From: an uncultured delta proteobacterium
GTDB taxonomy: Bacteria > Myxococcota > Myxococcia > Myxococcales > Myxococcaceae
NCBI GenBank assembly: GCA_963776345.1
Contig: CAVZMH010000022.1
Span: forward strand, 288,001-352,000
Direction: 5' to 3'
Length of the DNA: 64,000 bases
Part shown: positions 29,278 through 39,659 of the stretch, piece by piece
Position numbering within the stretch: position 1 is the stretch's first letter
Layout: each line of letters begins with the position of its first letter
The notes under the pieces: model-generated
The model's input: the letters and a program-made list of their open reading frames with translations, nothing else
Told to the model about the DNA's origin: nothing
Databases searched by the model: none
Program-made: the position numbers and the translations under genes

Positions 29278-32200
29278 GGCTGGCGCGGGTCGGGGCCCGC
29301 GCGGCGGCGGGCGTCCCGGAGCAACGGGTCCTCGCCCGCCGGGCCGCGCAAGGCGAGGTAACGGCGGTACGCCTCGGCGAAGTTGGCCGTTCCCATCCCT
29401 TCCCGGGCCCGGCCCCGGTAGTAGTCGACCAGCGGGAAGAAGGCGTAGGTGGGCTCCTCGTCGAGGAAGAGCGCGAGCGCCTCGCCGCGACGGCTGACAC
29501 AGCGATCGAGCTCGGAGTCCGCCTGGGCAAAGGCCCCCGCCTCGACGTAGGCGCGGCCGAGGGTGAAGCGGCCGATCCAGGTGTCGAGCAGCACGTTGGC
29601 GTCGGTCGCGGCGAGGATCGCCTTCCGGGGGTCGCGGGCCGCGAGCGCGAGCTCGGCCTCGACCAGCTTGGCGTACGCCCGGGGCTCTGCCTGCAGCTCG
29701 GCGCCCAGCCCGTCGGCGAGCTTCCAGGCCTCCCGCTTCGCCCCGGTCTGGGCGTACACCCACGCGGCGAGGAAGCGGATCTTGACCGAGGTGCTCAGCT
29801 CCAGCGCACGCTTCGCCGCGGCGATCGCCTCCGCGTTCCGCCCCAGCGCGAGCTGGGCGTGGGCCACCGCGGCCAGCTTCGCCGCGGCCCGGTCCGCGCT
29901 CTTCGCCGCCCGGTCGGCGATCGCTCCGGCCTCGAGGATCTGCACCGCCTCGGTGAAGCGCCCCTGGTACGCCGCGAGGTCGCCGAGCCCGGAAGCCGCG
30001 TGCGAGGCCCCGAGGGCGTTGACCTTGGCGAACTCGGCGTAGGTCGCCGCGGCCGCGTCGAGGCGGCCCAGGCCGAGCTGGGCGAAGCCGAGCGGCACGA
30101 ACCCGATGGGCGTCATCTCCTTCGCCCGTCTGGCCTCCTCCTCCGCGGTCCCGAAATCGCTGGCGTAGGCCGCGTACAGCGCGAGGTTCACCCGGTACAG
30201 CGCGCGGTTGGGAAGAATCTTCACCGCCGCCCGGATCCCCTCCAGCGCCTTGGGCATGTCGCGGAGGCGAGTCCAGCAGAGCGCGAGGTTGTTGCGCGCG
30301 GCGGCATCCGCCGTGTAGCGGGCGATCAGCGCCCCGTATTCCTTGACGCACGACGGGTAGTCGGCGGTCAGGAAGTAGTAGAGCCCGCGCGTCCGGAACC
30401 GCTCCCGATCGGTCATCCCGTCCACGTGGCGAACCGCCTCGGTGATCTGGTGCTCCGCGTCCTGCTGGTTCCCGACGTTCGCCGCGGCGATCGCCATCCC
30501 GGCGTAGGCGAGGCCGAACTTCGGGTCCCCGGCCACGGCCCTGGCGAAGCTGCTCCGGGCGTCGTCGAACCGGCTGTTGGCCAGCGCATCCATCGCCAGC
30601 GCGTAGTCGTGGATGACGGCCAGCGAGGTGGCGGAGAGGGTCTCCATCGCGAAGCGCTGCTTGGCGTCCGAGGCGTCGTCGCCAAGGGCCTCGCGGATCC
30701 GGTCCGAGAGCTTGACCGTCGCGGCCAGCACCCCGTCCTTGCCGTCCGCCGTTCCCCGCGCCTTCGCCAGGACCGCGCCGGTGACTGCCTGGGTCGCCGC
30801 GGCGCTGATCTGGAACCCGCTGCCCGCCCGCTCGATGCTCCCCGAGAGCACCACCCCGACCCCCTGCTTCACCGCCAGCTCGCGCGCGGCCTGGGCATCG
30901 AGCCGTTCCGGAGGCTGGACCCCGAGCGCCCGCTTGATGTCGCTGCGGGTGTAGGCGGTGATGAAGTCGGCGCTCTCCAGCGAGAGCTTGGTCACCGGCT
31001 CGAGCGTCCGGTCGAAGGCCGGGTCGCCGGTCCCGTTGGCGAAGTCGGCGAGGACGACGCTGATCGGAGCCTTGGAGACCGGCGCCGGCTTGGGCGAGAA
31101 GTACCACCAGGCCAGGGCGATGACCGCGAGCGCGCCGGCCCCGATTCCCAGGACGCGCCAGAGGCCGACGGTGCTCTTCACCCGGATCCGGCGCCCATCG
31201 TCGCCGATCCGCTCCAGCGCCTCGGCCAGATCCGCCGATCTCTGGAAGCGCCGCGCTGGATCGGGCTCGATGCAGCGGGCGATCAGGGCGTCGAGCGCCT
31301 CGGGCACCTCGGGCACCACCGACTTCACGTGGGGGAGAGGCTCGCGGGTCCGCAACTGGAGCTCGGCGAGCGCGCTCTCGGCCCGGGAGCTCCTGGTGGG
31401 CCCGGCCAGCATGTCGTAGAGCATCAGCCCCAGCGTGTAGATGTCCGCCCGCTGGTCGACGGGATCTCCGCGGGCCTGCTCCGGCGGCATGTACTCCATG
31501 GTCCCGATGACCGAGCCCACCCGGGTGAAGTCGGAATAGCGGCCCGCGCGGCGGCCCGAACCCGAGAAGGCGTCTCCGATGCTCGCTCCGCCTTCACCTC
31601 CCACGTCGGAGGTCAGCCGGGCGACGCCGAAGTCGGTGATCACCGCGTCGCCGTTGACGCCGATCATCACGTTGGCCGGCTTCAGGTCGCGGTGGATGAC
31701 GCCCGCGGCGTGCGCGGCGGCGAGGCCCGCGCAGATCTGCCGGGCGATGTTGACCACCCGGGGCACCGGGAGGCGACCCTCGCGGTGGAGGATGGTCGCC
31801 AGGTCGATGCCCTCGACGTAGGACATCGTGATGTACTTCATCCCGTTGATCTCGCCGATGTCGTGGATGCGGACGACGTTGTTGTGCGAGATGAGGCGAG
31901 CGAGCAGCAGCTCCCGCTTGAAGCGCTGCTGGATCTCGGCGGCGGCCGCTGCGTCCGCCATGATCTCCGGGCGGATCAGCTTGATGGCGACGTCGATGCC
32001 GAGCTCCGTGTCCCAGGCTTGGTAGACGGCGCCCATGCCGCCCAGGCCGAGGCGGCGCTTGATGTGGTACCGCTGACCGAAGGCCTCGCCGGTCCGGAGC
32101 GGGCCCAGCTCTTCCGGCGCACCCGGGCCGAAGGCCGGCGTGTCGAACGATTCGGTGCCGCCGCCCGATTCGTGCCAGGAACGACCCGGAGGAATGGTGG

Positions 32201-32467
32201 CCTCGGTGAACCCCGCAGAGGGTCTGCCGGGCAGCAGGGTCGCCTCCAGCGAGAACGGTGGGCTGGGGCGGTTGCCCGCGAGCGGCGAGACGCCGCCGGA
32301 GCCGCCCTCGGGATGGAGCGCCAGCGGTACGTCGGCGCCGCACCGCGGGCACCGGGTGGCCAGCGGTGGACGGGATGGAGCGCCAGCGGTACGTCGGCGC
32401 CGCACCGCGGGCACCGGGTGGCCAGCGGTGGGATTTCGGCCTTGCACGAGCCGCAGGCTGCGTTCAT
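29274..32467 (-). CDS. Membrane Ser/Thr protein kinase with N-terminal Zn-ribbon and C-terminal TPRs; 5' end interrupted by a 62-bp duplication
   Basis: LGLGGMGAVY, VAIK, HRDLKPAN, DFG, YMPPEQ, TM helix, TPR-like repeats; ATG at 32467 gives MNAACGSC...RCPRCG and is in frame once one duplicate unit is removed. Confidence 0.9.
32309..32431. repeat. Exact tandem duplication, two 61-bp copies with 62-bp period
   Basis: cgggatggagcgccagcggtacgtcggcgccgcaccgcgggcaccgggtggccagcggtgg at 32309-32369 and 32371-32431. Confidence 0.95.
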
Positions 32468-32689
32468 CGTGGATTCACCGGGTCGTTGCGTCCGGCGGCA
32501 CTGTACAGGCGGCATCCGGGCAAGCCAACGAAGTCCGCGAGGCGCTGCGCACGGAAGATTGCGCTGCCGCGCGGGTGGCGCCTCGGGTAGGGCACGCGAT
32601 GCATCCAGAGCCCGGACACCCGAGGTGCCCCAAGGCAGGAGCAGATCAAGGCGGCAGGCGAGCCGCTCTTGGGGGTGCTGAGGGCAGCT

Positions 32690-32887
32690 CTACCAGCCCA
32701 GGGGTCCGCCATCCGGATTGGGGAGGTGGCCACCATCCGGAAGCCCTCCGTCCGGCAGGAGCGGCAGGTTTCCGGGGTTGAGGTTGTTGCTGGGCGGCGG
32801 GGTGCTGGTCGAATCGCCGCAGCGGGCAAGACTCACCAGGCTCATCCCGCCCACCACCAGGACTCCAAACAGCTTCTTGATGTTCAT
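32690..32887 (-). CDS. Small putative lipoprotein (65 aa) with PDGG repeats
   Basis: RBS GAGGAGG; MNIKKLFGVLVVGGMSLVSLARC then three PDGG motifs, ending PLGW. Confidence 0.7.
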   Translation of the reverse strand: MNIKKLFGVLVVGGMSLVSLARCGDSTSTPPPSNNLNPGNLPLLPDGGLPDGGHLPNPDGGPLGW

Positions 32888-33140
32888 CCCGTGCCTCCTC
32901 GACCGCCACGCCCTCTGGAGGGAGGACACCGACCGGAACCTTCGTTGCGCCCCCCCCCCGAATTGACCGGTTCCCGACATCGAATTGGCGTGCCAACGGC
33001 GGCGGCGGCGGGACCCTCGAGCGGCAGCCCGGGGTTCCGCACGTCCCGTGTCGGTGCTTGCCCCTCATCGGAGCGGGACGTAGATCGCGAGCTCACGATC
33101 AGCGTTTGGCGGAGCGCCAGGATCCAGGCTGCAGCCGAGA

Positions 33141-34025
33141 ATGAATGCTTCCCCGAAAGAATCGAAGGAGTCCCGTTCGGTCACGCTGCTGCTGCACTGC
33201 CCCTTGCGCCTCGGCCTGGCCGCCAGCCTGACCCAGTTCATCTACACCCACGGGCGGCTCCTGTATCACGACCAGTACGTCGACCCCGAAGCCGACAATC
33301 ACTACTACACGCGCCTCAGGTGGGACGTCTCGAGCTTCGGGATGAGCGATGCGGAGATGGCCGAACGTCTCCGCCTCCTGATCGGCACCGAGCCCGACAC
33401 GGAGTGGTCGCTTCACTACTCGGATGACGTCGTCCGGATGGCCGTCTTCGTCTCCAAGGACCCCTGGTGCCTCTACGACATCCTCGCGCGCTGCCAGTCC
33501 GGGGAGTGGACGGTCGAGGTGCCGGTCATCGTCAGCAACCATCCTGACCTCGAGCCGGTGGCCCGGAGGTTTGGCGTCCCCTTCCGCGCGTTCTCCGTGA
33601 CCAAGGAGAACAAGGACCAGGTCGAGAGGGAGCAGCTGGAGCTCCTCCGGAGCCATCGCGTCGACCTCGTCGTCCTCGCGCGCTACATGCAGATCCTGAC
33701 GGGCGGGTTCGTGAAGGCGTACCCGAGCCGGATCATCAACATCCACCACGCCTTCCTTCCCGCCTTCCCCGGCGCGCGGCCGTACCACTCCGCCCGCGAG
33801 CGCGGGGTGAAGATCATCGGAGCGACCAGCCACTACGTGACGGAGACGCTGGATGCCGGCCCGATCATCGAGCAGGACGTCCAGCGCGTGACGCACCGCC
33901 ACTCGACCAAGGACCTGATCCGCTTCGGGCGGGATCTGGAAAAGGTCGTCCTGTCGCGGGCGATCTGGAGCCACCTCCGGCGAAAGGTCATCGTTCACAA
34001 GGGGCGAACGGTCGTCTTCGACTGA
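33141..34025 (+). CDS. purU: Formyltetrahydrofolate deformylase
   Basis: N-terminal ACT-like domain; VSNH, VLARYMQIL, INIHHAFLPAFPGARPYH, RGVKIIGATSHYVT..LDAGPIIEQD, GRTVVF. Confidence 0.93.
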   Translation: MNASPKESKESRSVTLLLHCPLRLGLAASLTQFIYTHGRLLYHDQYVDPEADNHYYTRLRWDVSSFGMSDAEMAERLRLLIGTEPDTEWSLHYSDDVVRMAVFVSKDPWCLYDILARCQSGEWTVEVPVIVSNHPDLEPVARRFGVPFRAFSVTKENKDQVEREQLELLRSHRVDLVVLARYMQILTGGFVKAYPSRIINIHHAFLPAFPGARPYHSARERGVKIIGATSHYVTETLDAGPIIEQDVQRVTHRHSTKDLIRFGRDLEKVVLSRAIWSHLRRKVIVHKGRTVVFD

Positions 34026-34080
34026 GGCCGGGTCGAGGCGCGTGGTGCAGCAGCGGCCACGCTATGGTCATGGACCATCG

Positions 34081-34917
34081 ATGGACGCTCCGGCCAGACA
34101 GGGGACGGCGCTCGACCCGTGGACCGTGGGGGCGATCGCCGTCGTCGCCTACGCCCTCGGCAACGTGGTGCACGAGGGACTGGGCCATGGCGGGGCGTGT
34201 CTCCTCGTGGGCGGACGGCCGGAGGAGCTCAACGCCATCTTCTTCGAGTGCGCGGTGGAGGGTCTCCCGTCGTCTGCCGGGCGCTGGCTCGCGGCCGGGG
34301 GGAGCATCGCCAATCTCGTCGTCGCCGCGCTGGCCTGGGCCTCGCTGAGGACGCTCCCGAGCCGATGGGGCCGGGCGCGCGATTTCGCCTGGCTGGTGCT
34401 GACGGTCAACGTGCTCCAGCCCTTCGGCTATCTCCTCTTCTCGGGCCTCGGAGGCATCGGAGACTGGGCGGTCGTCGTCCGGGGACTGCAGCCCGCCCTG
34501 GGCTGGCGGCTCGGGCTCGCCGTCCTTGGCGCGGTGCTCTACTTCTGGGTGGCGCCCCGGCTGCTGATGCCGGAGCTGGAGCCATTCCTCGGATCGGTCA
34601 TGGAGGAACGCGTGGCCCGGAGCCGCACGCTGGCGCTCGTTCCGTACCTCGCCGGAGGCACCACCTTCGTGCTGGCCGGCCTCCTCAATCCGCATGGACT
34701 CTCGCTGGTCCTGATCTCGGCGGCGGCCGCCTCCTTCGGCGGGACGTCCCTCCTCGCCTGGTATCCGGGGGTGTGGGCGCGTCGCGCTCCGGCGGGGTCG
34801 GCCGAGCCATCCCTCGGAGTCGCCCGGAGCTGGCCGTGGCTGGCGCTGGCGGCCGTGGTGCTCGGAGTCTTCGTCGGCGTGCTCGGCCCGGGCGTCGAGC
34901 TCGGCCCGCCGCGTTGA
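34081..34917 (+). CDS. Hypothetical membrane protein, possible M50-like metalloprotease
   Basis: Multiple TM helices; VVHEGLGHGG, AAGGSIAN and IGDW motifs. Confidence 0.6.
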   Translation: MDAPARQGTALDPWTVGAIAVVAYALGNVVHEGLGHGGACLLVGGRPEELNAIFFECAVEGLPSSAGRWLAAGGSIANLVVAALAWASLRTLPSRWGRARDFAWLVLTVNVLQPFGYLLFSGLGGIGDWAVVVRGLQPALGWRLGLAVLGAVLYFWVAPRLLMPELEPFLGSVMEERVARSRTLALVPYLAGGTTFVLAGLLNPHGLSLVLISAAAASFGGTSLLAWYPGVWARRAPAGSAEPSLGVARSWPWLALAAVVLGVFVGVLGPGVELGPPR

Positions 34918-34972
34918 CTCGGGCCTTCCGCTGCCGGTGGTCATCCTCACGGCGCCGAGGTAATCCCCATCC

Positions 34973-36487
34973 ATGCGCCAGCTTCGATCGTTCCTCGCCG
35001 TCGCCCTCGCAGCGATCTCGCTGGCCGGCTGCTCGAGCTCCTCGACGCCGCCGCCGCCTCCTCCTCCGGTTGACCCGTACCTGTACACGGCGCCGCCCGC
35101 CACGACGCCGGCCGCCAGCCTCGCCCCGGACACCTGGATCGCCCACCACCACGACGACCTGTTGCCGTTCTGGACCAGCAACGAGGCGCTCGGCGCGCCG
35201 GTCGGCAACTTTCCGACCTGGCGCGGGATGAATGGCGCGGTCACGGCCAACACCGCCCGCAAGCCGCGCATGATGGGGCGGCAGATCTACGCCTACGCCA
35301 TGGGCTACATGCTGACCGGCGACGAGTCGCTGCTCGCCAACGCCCGCGCCGGCACCGACTGGCTCCTGGCCCACGCCGTCGACACCAACGGCGGCTGGCA
35401 CGCCGACCTAAATCTCGACGGCACGCCGCTGGGCGCCGGGACCCGCTGGTCCCAGGACCTCGCCTACGATCTCATGGGACCGGCGGCGTACTTCTTCGTG
35501 ACCCGCGACGCCACGGCGGAGCAGGTGGTGCTGGCCGGGCGCGACGCCCTCTTCGATCCGGCCCGCTTCTGGGACGCCGCCAGCGGCCGGATCAAGGACG
35601 GGCTGGACGCCACCATGACCACCGAGCAGTGGATGGGGGCGACGGGGAGCTGGCAGCTGGTGGCGCAGCTCGACCCCGTCACCGCCTTCGAGCTGCTGGT
35701 CCAGCCGGTGCTCACCGATCCGGCCCGGCAAGCCCAGGCGCTCGGCGACCTGCGCACTCTGGGGACGCTGGTGCGCAACCGCTTCTGGCAGGACGGGATC
35801 TTCTGGGGCTCGACCGGCGACATCGGCACGTACGGGAGCGACCACACCGACTACGGCCACATCCTCAAGTCCTACTGGGCGCTCTTGCTCATCGACAAGC
35901 GGCTCGACGACCGGCCCTTCGCCTCGTTCCTGGCCACCAACGCGCCGGTCACGCTGGGGCAGGCCTACGACGCCAGCTACGACCGCTGGGCCAAGAGGCC
36001 CACCGGCCCGACCACGGTCGCGTACGGCTCCGACTGGTGGGCCTACGCCGAGGGCGATCAGCTGGCGGCAACGCTGGCGCTGCACGATCCAGCCTGGATC
36101 TCGAAGGTCGACCTGACCTCGACCCACTTCCGCGCCGACTACGTGGACCGGAGCCGGCCGGCGCGCGAGCTGGTCTCGTCGGTCTCGCGGACCGGGAGCT
36201 GGGTCTACCCCTGGCCCGACACCGACACCGCCAAGTGCAACGAGTGGAAGAACGGCTTCCACTCCACCGAGCACGCCCTGGTGATGTTCCTCTTCGGCCA
36301 CTACCTGGCCGGCACGCCGGCGCCGCTCTACTTCGCCTTCCCCGCGGCCCAGGTGGACGCGCTGGCGAAGGCGGCCCGCCCCTACACCTTCCAGGGGCGG
36401 TACGTGAGCCACGAGGACCTGGGGGCCATCGCGTCGGATCCGGCCGGCCGGCACAAGGTCAGGGTCCTCTTCGACCAGCTCCGGTAG
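34973..36487 (+). CDS. Lipoprotein of the AGE (N-acylglucosamine 2-epimerase)-like alpha/alpha-barrel family
   Basis: Lipobox LAGC; LLPFW, RMMGRQIYAY, DYGH, DWWAYAE, WKNGFHSTEH. Confidence 0.7.
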   Translation: MRQLRSFLAVALAAISLAGCSSSSTPPPPPPPVDPYLYTAPPATTPAASLAPDTWIAHHHDDLLPFWTSNEALGAPVGNFPTWRGMNGAVTANTARKPRMMGRQIYAYAMGYMLTGDESLLANARAGTDWLLAHAVDTNGGWHADLNLDGTPLGAGTRWSQDLAYDLMGPAAYFFVTRDATAEQVVLAGRDALFDPARFWDAASGRIKDGLDATMTTEQWMGATGSWQLVAQLDPVTAFELLVQPVLTDPARQAQALGDLRTLGTLVRNRFWQDGIFWGSTGDIGTYGSDHTDYGHILKSYWALLLIDKRLDDRPFASFLATNAPVTLGQAYDASYDRWAKRPTGPTTVAYGSDWWAYAEGDQLAATLALHDPAWISKVDLTSTHFRADYVDRSRPARELVSSVSRTGSWVYPWPDTDTAKCNEWKNGFHSTEHALVMFLFGHYLAGTPAPLYFAFPAAQVDALAKAARPYTFQGRYVSHEDLGAIASDPAGRHKVRVLFDQLR

Positions 36488-36715
36488 GGCGGGCCAACTC
36501 GCCGCGGCCGCGCCGCTCGCCTCGCCCCGGCCGGATGGTGGGACGCTTCGGCGTCGAGCGCTTTCTGCGCTCGGTCGGGACGGGCCAGGCGACGGCACGG
36601 CGCGAGCACGCAGAGAACTGAGCCGGCGCTCGGAGTGAATCGGGCCCGAAGCAGCTGGAGGCCGAAGACGACCCGCCACGGTACGGGGAATGCTCCGTAG
36701 GGCGGGCCAACTCGC
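36484..36715. repeat. 19-bp direct repeat GTAGGGCGGGCCAACTCGC, two copies
   Basis: Copies at 36484-36502 and 36697-36715. Confidence 0.9.
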
Positions 36716-36910
36716 TGCACTCAATTTGCGTCGAGTTTCCGACCTCGGTGGCCACGACGCGGTGCACCAGACGCGAAGACTCCTTGAGGGGTCTGCTGCG
36801 CAAGGCTAGAAGCAGCCCCCAGTTGACGTGCGGTCGAGGAGGGGTGCGCCGGGCGCTGGAGTTCTGCGCTCGTGGTTGCCGTTGTCGGGCGATTCACAGG
36901 AGGCCGCGTC

Positions 36911-38719
36911 ATGTACCACCAGAACTACAACCCGACGGGAAACACGTTCCTGTCGACCCTCGTGGCAGCGGTCCCGATCGTCGTCCTGCTCTACTTCATC
37001 GCGCTCCACCCGCACCGGGACAAGCAGGGCGTCAAGCACCTCGGCATCTCGGCGCCCTATGCCGCCTTCTATGGCGTCATCGCGGCGTTCCTCGTCTCCT
37101 GCGTGCCGTTCCAGATGCCGGTCCTCTCCGCGATCTCGGCCTTCGTGCTCGGGGTCCTCTCCGGCTTCCTGGGGATCATCTGGATCGTGCTGGGGGCGAT
37201 GTTCCTCTACACGATGACGGTGATCACCGGGAAGTTCGAGATCGTGAAGGAGTCGATCATCCACATCTCCTTCGACCGGCGGCTGCAAGTCCTGCTCATC
37301 GCCTTCTCCTTCGGGGCGATCATCGAGGGGACCTCCGGCTTCGGCACCCCGGTGGCCATCGCCGGCGCGGTGATGGTCGGGCTCGGGTACAAGCCCTTCC
37401 AGTCCGCGGTCCTCAACCTGCTCGCCAACACCGCCCCGGTGGCCTGGGGCGCCATCGGGACGCCGATCGTCACCCTCGCGGCGGTGAGCGGGCTGGACCA
37501 GCTCACGCTCTCGACGATGGCCGGCCACCAGCTCCCCTGGGTGTCGATGCTGGTGCCCTTCTGGCTGGTCGTCACCTTCGTGAAGATGGAGGGTGGCACC
37601 TGGAAGGAGGCCTTCGAGGTGTGGCCGGGGGCGGTGGTGTCCGGCGGCTCGTTCGCCATCATGCAGTTCCTCGCCTCGGGCTGGGCTCCCACCCACCTCA
37701 TGACCGACGTGGTCGCGGGCGTGTTCTCGGTGATCTGCACCGCGCTGTTCCTGCGCTTCGTCTGGCACCCCAAGACCCGCTTCCTCCTGCAATCGGAGCG
37801 TGCATCGGCGGCGGCTGCGACCGCGGCCCAGGCCGCCGGGGACGAGAGCGGACGGTGGAAGTACAAGTACACCGTCGGCGAGACGATCTACGCCTGGACT
37901 CCCTGGGCGATCCTGATCCTCTGCTGCGCTCTGTGGGGCTGGCCGGAGACCAAGACGTTCCTCAACAACCTCTTCTCCGGGGTCAAGTTCCAGACCACCC
38001 TGCTCGGCTCGAAGTTCGGGGGCACGCTCTCGCTCCCGGTCTGGGACATGCCGCACCTGCACAACATGGTGCAGCGGATGCCGCCGGTCGCCGCAGTGAA
38101 TGCCAAGCCGGAGGCCGCGCGCTTCACCCTCAACTGGCTCTCCGCCGCCGGCACCGGCGTGTTCGTGGCCGCGATCCTCACCGGCCTGTTCCTCAAGCTC
38201 AGCGCCGCGCAGTGGAAGGAGGCCGTCGGGCGCACCCTGAACCGGATGAAGATCCCGGTCCTGGTCATCGGCCAGGTGCTCGGGCTCGGGTTCCTCACCC
38301 GCTACGCGGGCACCGACGCCGTCCTCGGCCTCGCCTTCACCTCCGCCGGCGTCCTCTACCCCTTCTTCGCCGCCTACCTCGGGTGGCTGGGCGTCTTCCT
38401 CACCGGGTCGGACACGGCGTCCAACGCGCTGTTCGGGAGCCTGCAGCGGATCACCGCCCAGCAGCTACACCTGAACGAGATCCTCATCGTGGCCACCAAC
38501 TCCACCGGCGGCGTGATGGGAAAGATGATCGACGCCCAGTCGATCATGGTCGCCTGCGCCGCCTGCTACGACGACCCCTACGAGCGCGCGCATGCGCTGG
38601 GGCCGATCTTCCGCAAGGTGTGGTGGCACTCGGTGGCCGGGGCGGCGGTGATCGGCATCATCGCGCTCCTCCAGGCGTACATCTTCACCGGGGCGATCCC
38701 GATACCGCCCGTCAAATAG
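36911..38719 (+). CDS. lctP: L-lactate/glycolate permease (LctP/LldP family)
   Basis: DRRLQVLLIAFSFGAIIEG.SGFGTPVAI, ANTAPVAWGAIGTPI, LGWLGVFLTGSDTASNALFG, GGVMGKMI; RBS AGGAGG. Confidence 0.9.
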   Translation: MYHQNYNPTGNTFLSTLVAAVPIVVLLYFIALHPHRDKQGVKHLGISAPYAAFYGVIAAFLVSCVPFQMPVLSAISAFVLGVLSGFLGIIWIVLGAMFLYTMTVITGKFEIVKESIIHISFDRRLQVLLIAFSFGAIIEGTSGFGTPVAIAGAVMVGLGYKPFQSAVLNLLANTAPVAWGAIGTPIVTLAAVSGLDQLTLSTMAGHQLPWVSMLVPFWLVVTFVKMEGGTWKEAFEVWPGAVVSGGSFAIMQFLASGWAPTHLMTDVVAGVFSVICTALFLRFVWHPKTRFLLQSERASAAAATAAQAAGDESGRWKYKYTVGETIYAWTPWAILILCCALWGWPETKTFLNNLFSGVKFQTTLLGSKFGGTLSLPVWDMPHLHNMVQRMPPVAAVNAKPEAARFTLNWLSAAGTGVFVAAILTGLFLKLSAAQWKEAVGRTLNRMKIPVLVIGQVLGLGFLTRYAGTDAVLGLAFTSAGVLYPFFAAYLGWLGVFLTGSDTASNALFGSLQRITAQQLHLNEILIVATNSTGGVMGKMIDAQSIMVACAACYDDPYERAHALGPIFRKVWWHSVAGAAVIGIIALLQAYIFTGAIPIPPVK

Positions 38720-38993
38720 CCGCCGTCCGCGTCACCTGGCAAGCAGGGCCGCGGCGAACACCGCGAGGCCCAGTCCCGCCATCGAGAGCAGGCGGAAGCG
38801 GATGAACAGCTGCCGGCTGGGGTTTTCGATGGCCGGCGTCCAGAGGCTCAGGGTCGCTTCGTGGGTATCCATGGGTGCGTTCTCCAGTGCGCCGGCATGA
38901 GTGCCGCGCGGGACTGAAGGTGCCGCCCATGGCAGCGGATCGCCAAGATATTCTTGGCCCTATCTCCATCACCTTTGGTTATGCCCCTCCCGT

Positions 38994-39659
38994 TCAGCGC
39001 GGTGTCTGCCCGGCGAGCAGCGCCTCGCCGGCGCGGACCCAGTCGTCGGCGTCGCGCTCGCCCGCTGCCGCCCGCGCCAGCTCGAGCCCGCGGCTCGCCG
39101 CCGCCCGCGAGCCGGCCTGGTCGTCGGCCGCCAGCAGCGCCTCCGAGAGGGCGAGCTGGTTGGGGGGATAGTCGGGGAAGAGCTCCGCCGCCTGCCGTGC
39201 AGACTTCAGCCCGGTCTCGGGGTCGCCCGGACCGAGCGGCCAGCCGGGGGCGCGCACCAGCACCAGCGCCAGCACCCGGGCCGGTCCGCCGTGGTCCAGC
39301 CGTGCATCGAGGCCGTTGGCCTTCTGGAGCAGCTCGACCATGGCCTTCAGTCCCTGGGTGGCGGTGGAAGGGCGCTCGCGCGCCTGGACGCCCAGCGCCA
39401 GCGCCAGGGCGTAGGTACATTCCGCCGAGGCGGGCGCCGCCCGCACGCAGCGCTGACCTGCGTCGACGGCCTTCTCGGCCAGGGCGCGCCGGACGTCTGC
39501 CGACGGCTCGTGCTCGCTCCGGTGCGTGGCCTCGCGCGCTTCGGCCGCCAGCGCGGCGGGGTCCTCCGGCACGGCCCCGGCGGCGGACGGCGGCAGCTCG
39601 CGCAGCGGCGCGGCGCAGGCAGCGGCACCGAGCAGCAGGACCAGAGGGCCGCGCCTCAC
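38994..39659 (-). CDS. Helical (TPR/TatT-like) lipoprotein, BstC-like
   Basis: GTG overlapping the upstream stop; lipobox AAAC; GGPARVLA..LVRAPGWPLGPGD and FPDYPPNQL motifs recalled from BstC/TatT-like lipoproteins. Confidence 0.7.
   Translation of the reverse strand: MRRGPLVLLLGAAACAAPLRELPPSAAGAVPEDPAALAAEAREATHRSEHEPSADVRRALAEKAVDAGQRCVRAAPASAECTYALALALGVQARERPSTATQGLKAMVELLQKANGLDARLDHGGPARVLALVLVRAPGWPLGPGDPETGLKSARQAAELFPDYPPNQLALSEALLAADDQAGSRAAASRGLELARAAAGERDADDWVRAGEALLAGQTPR

Noticed and set aside
22026..32681. Very long alternative-frame and antisense ORFs (e.g. 22026..26051 +, 26605..31107 -, 29022..32681 +)
   Set aside because: Arg/Gly/Pro-rich shadow ORFs expected in very high-GC DNA; they overlap well-supported genes and have no motifs.
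38720..38990. Lower-GC intergenic stretch as a small gene or ncRNA
   Set aside because: No convincing RBS, motif or structure.
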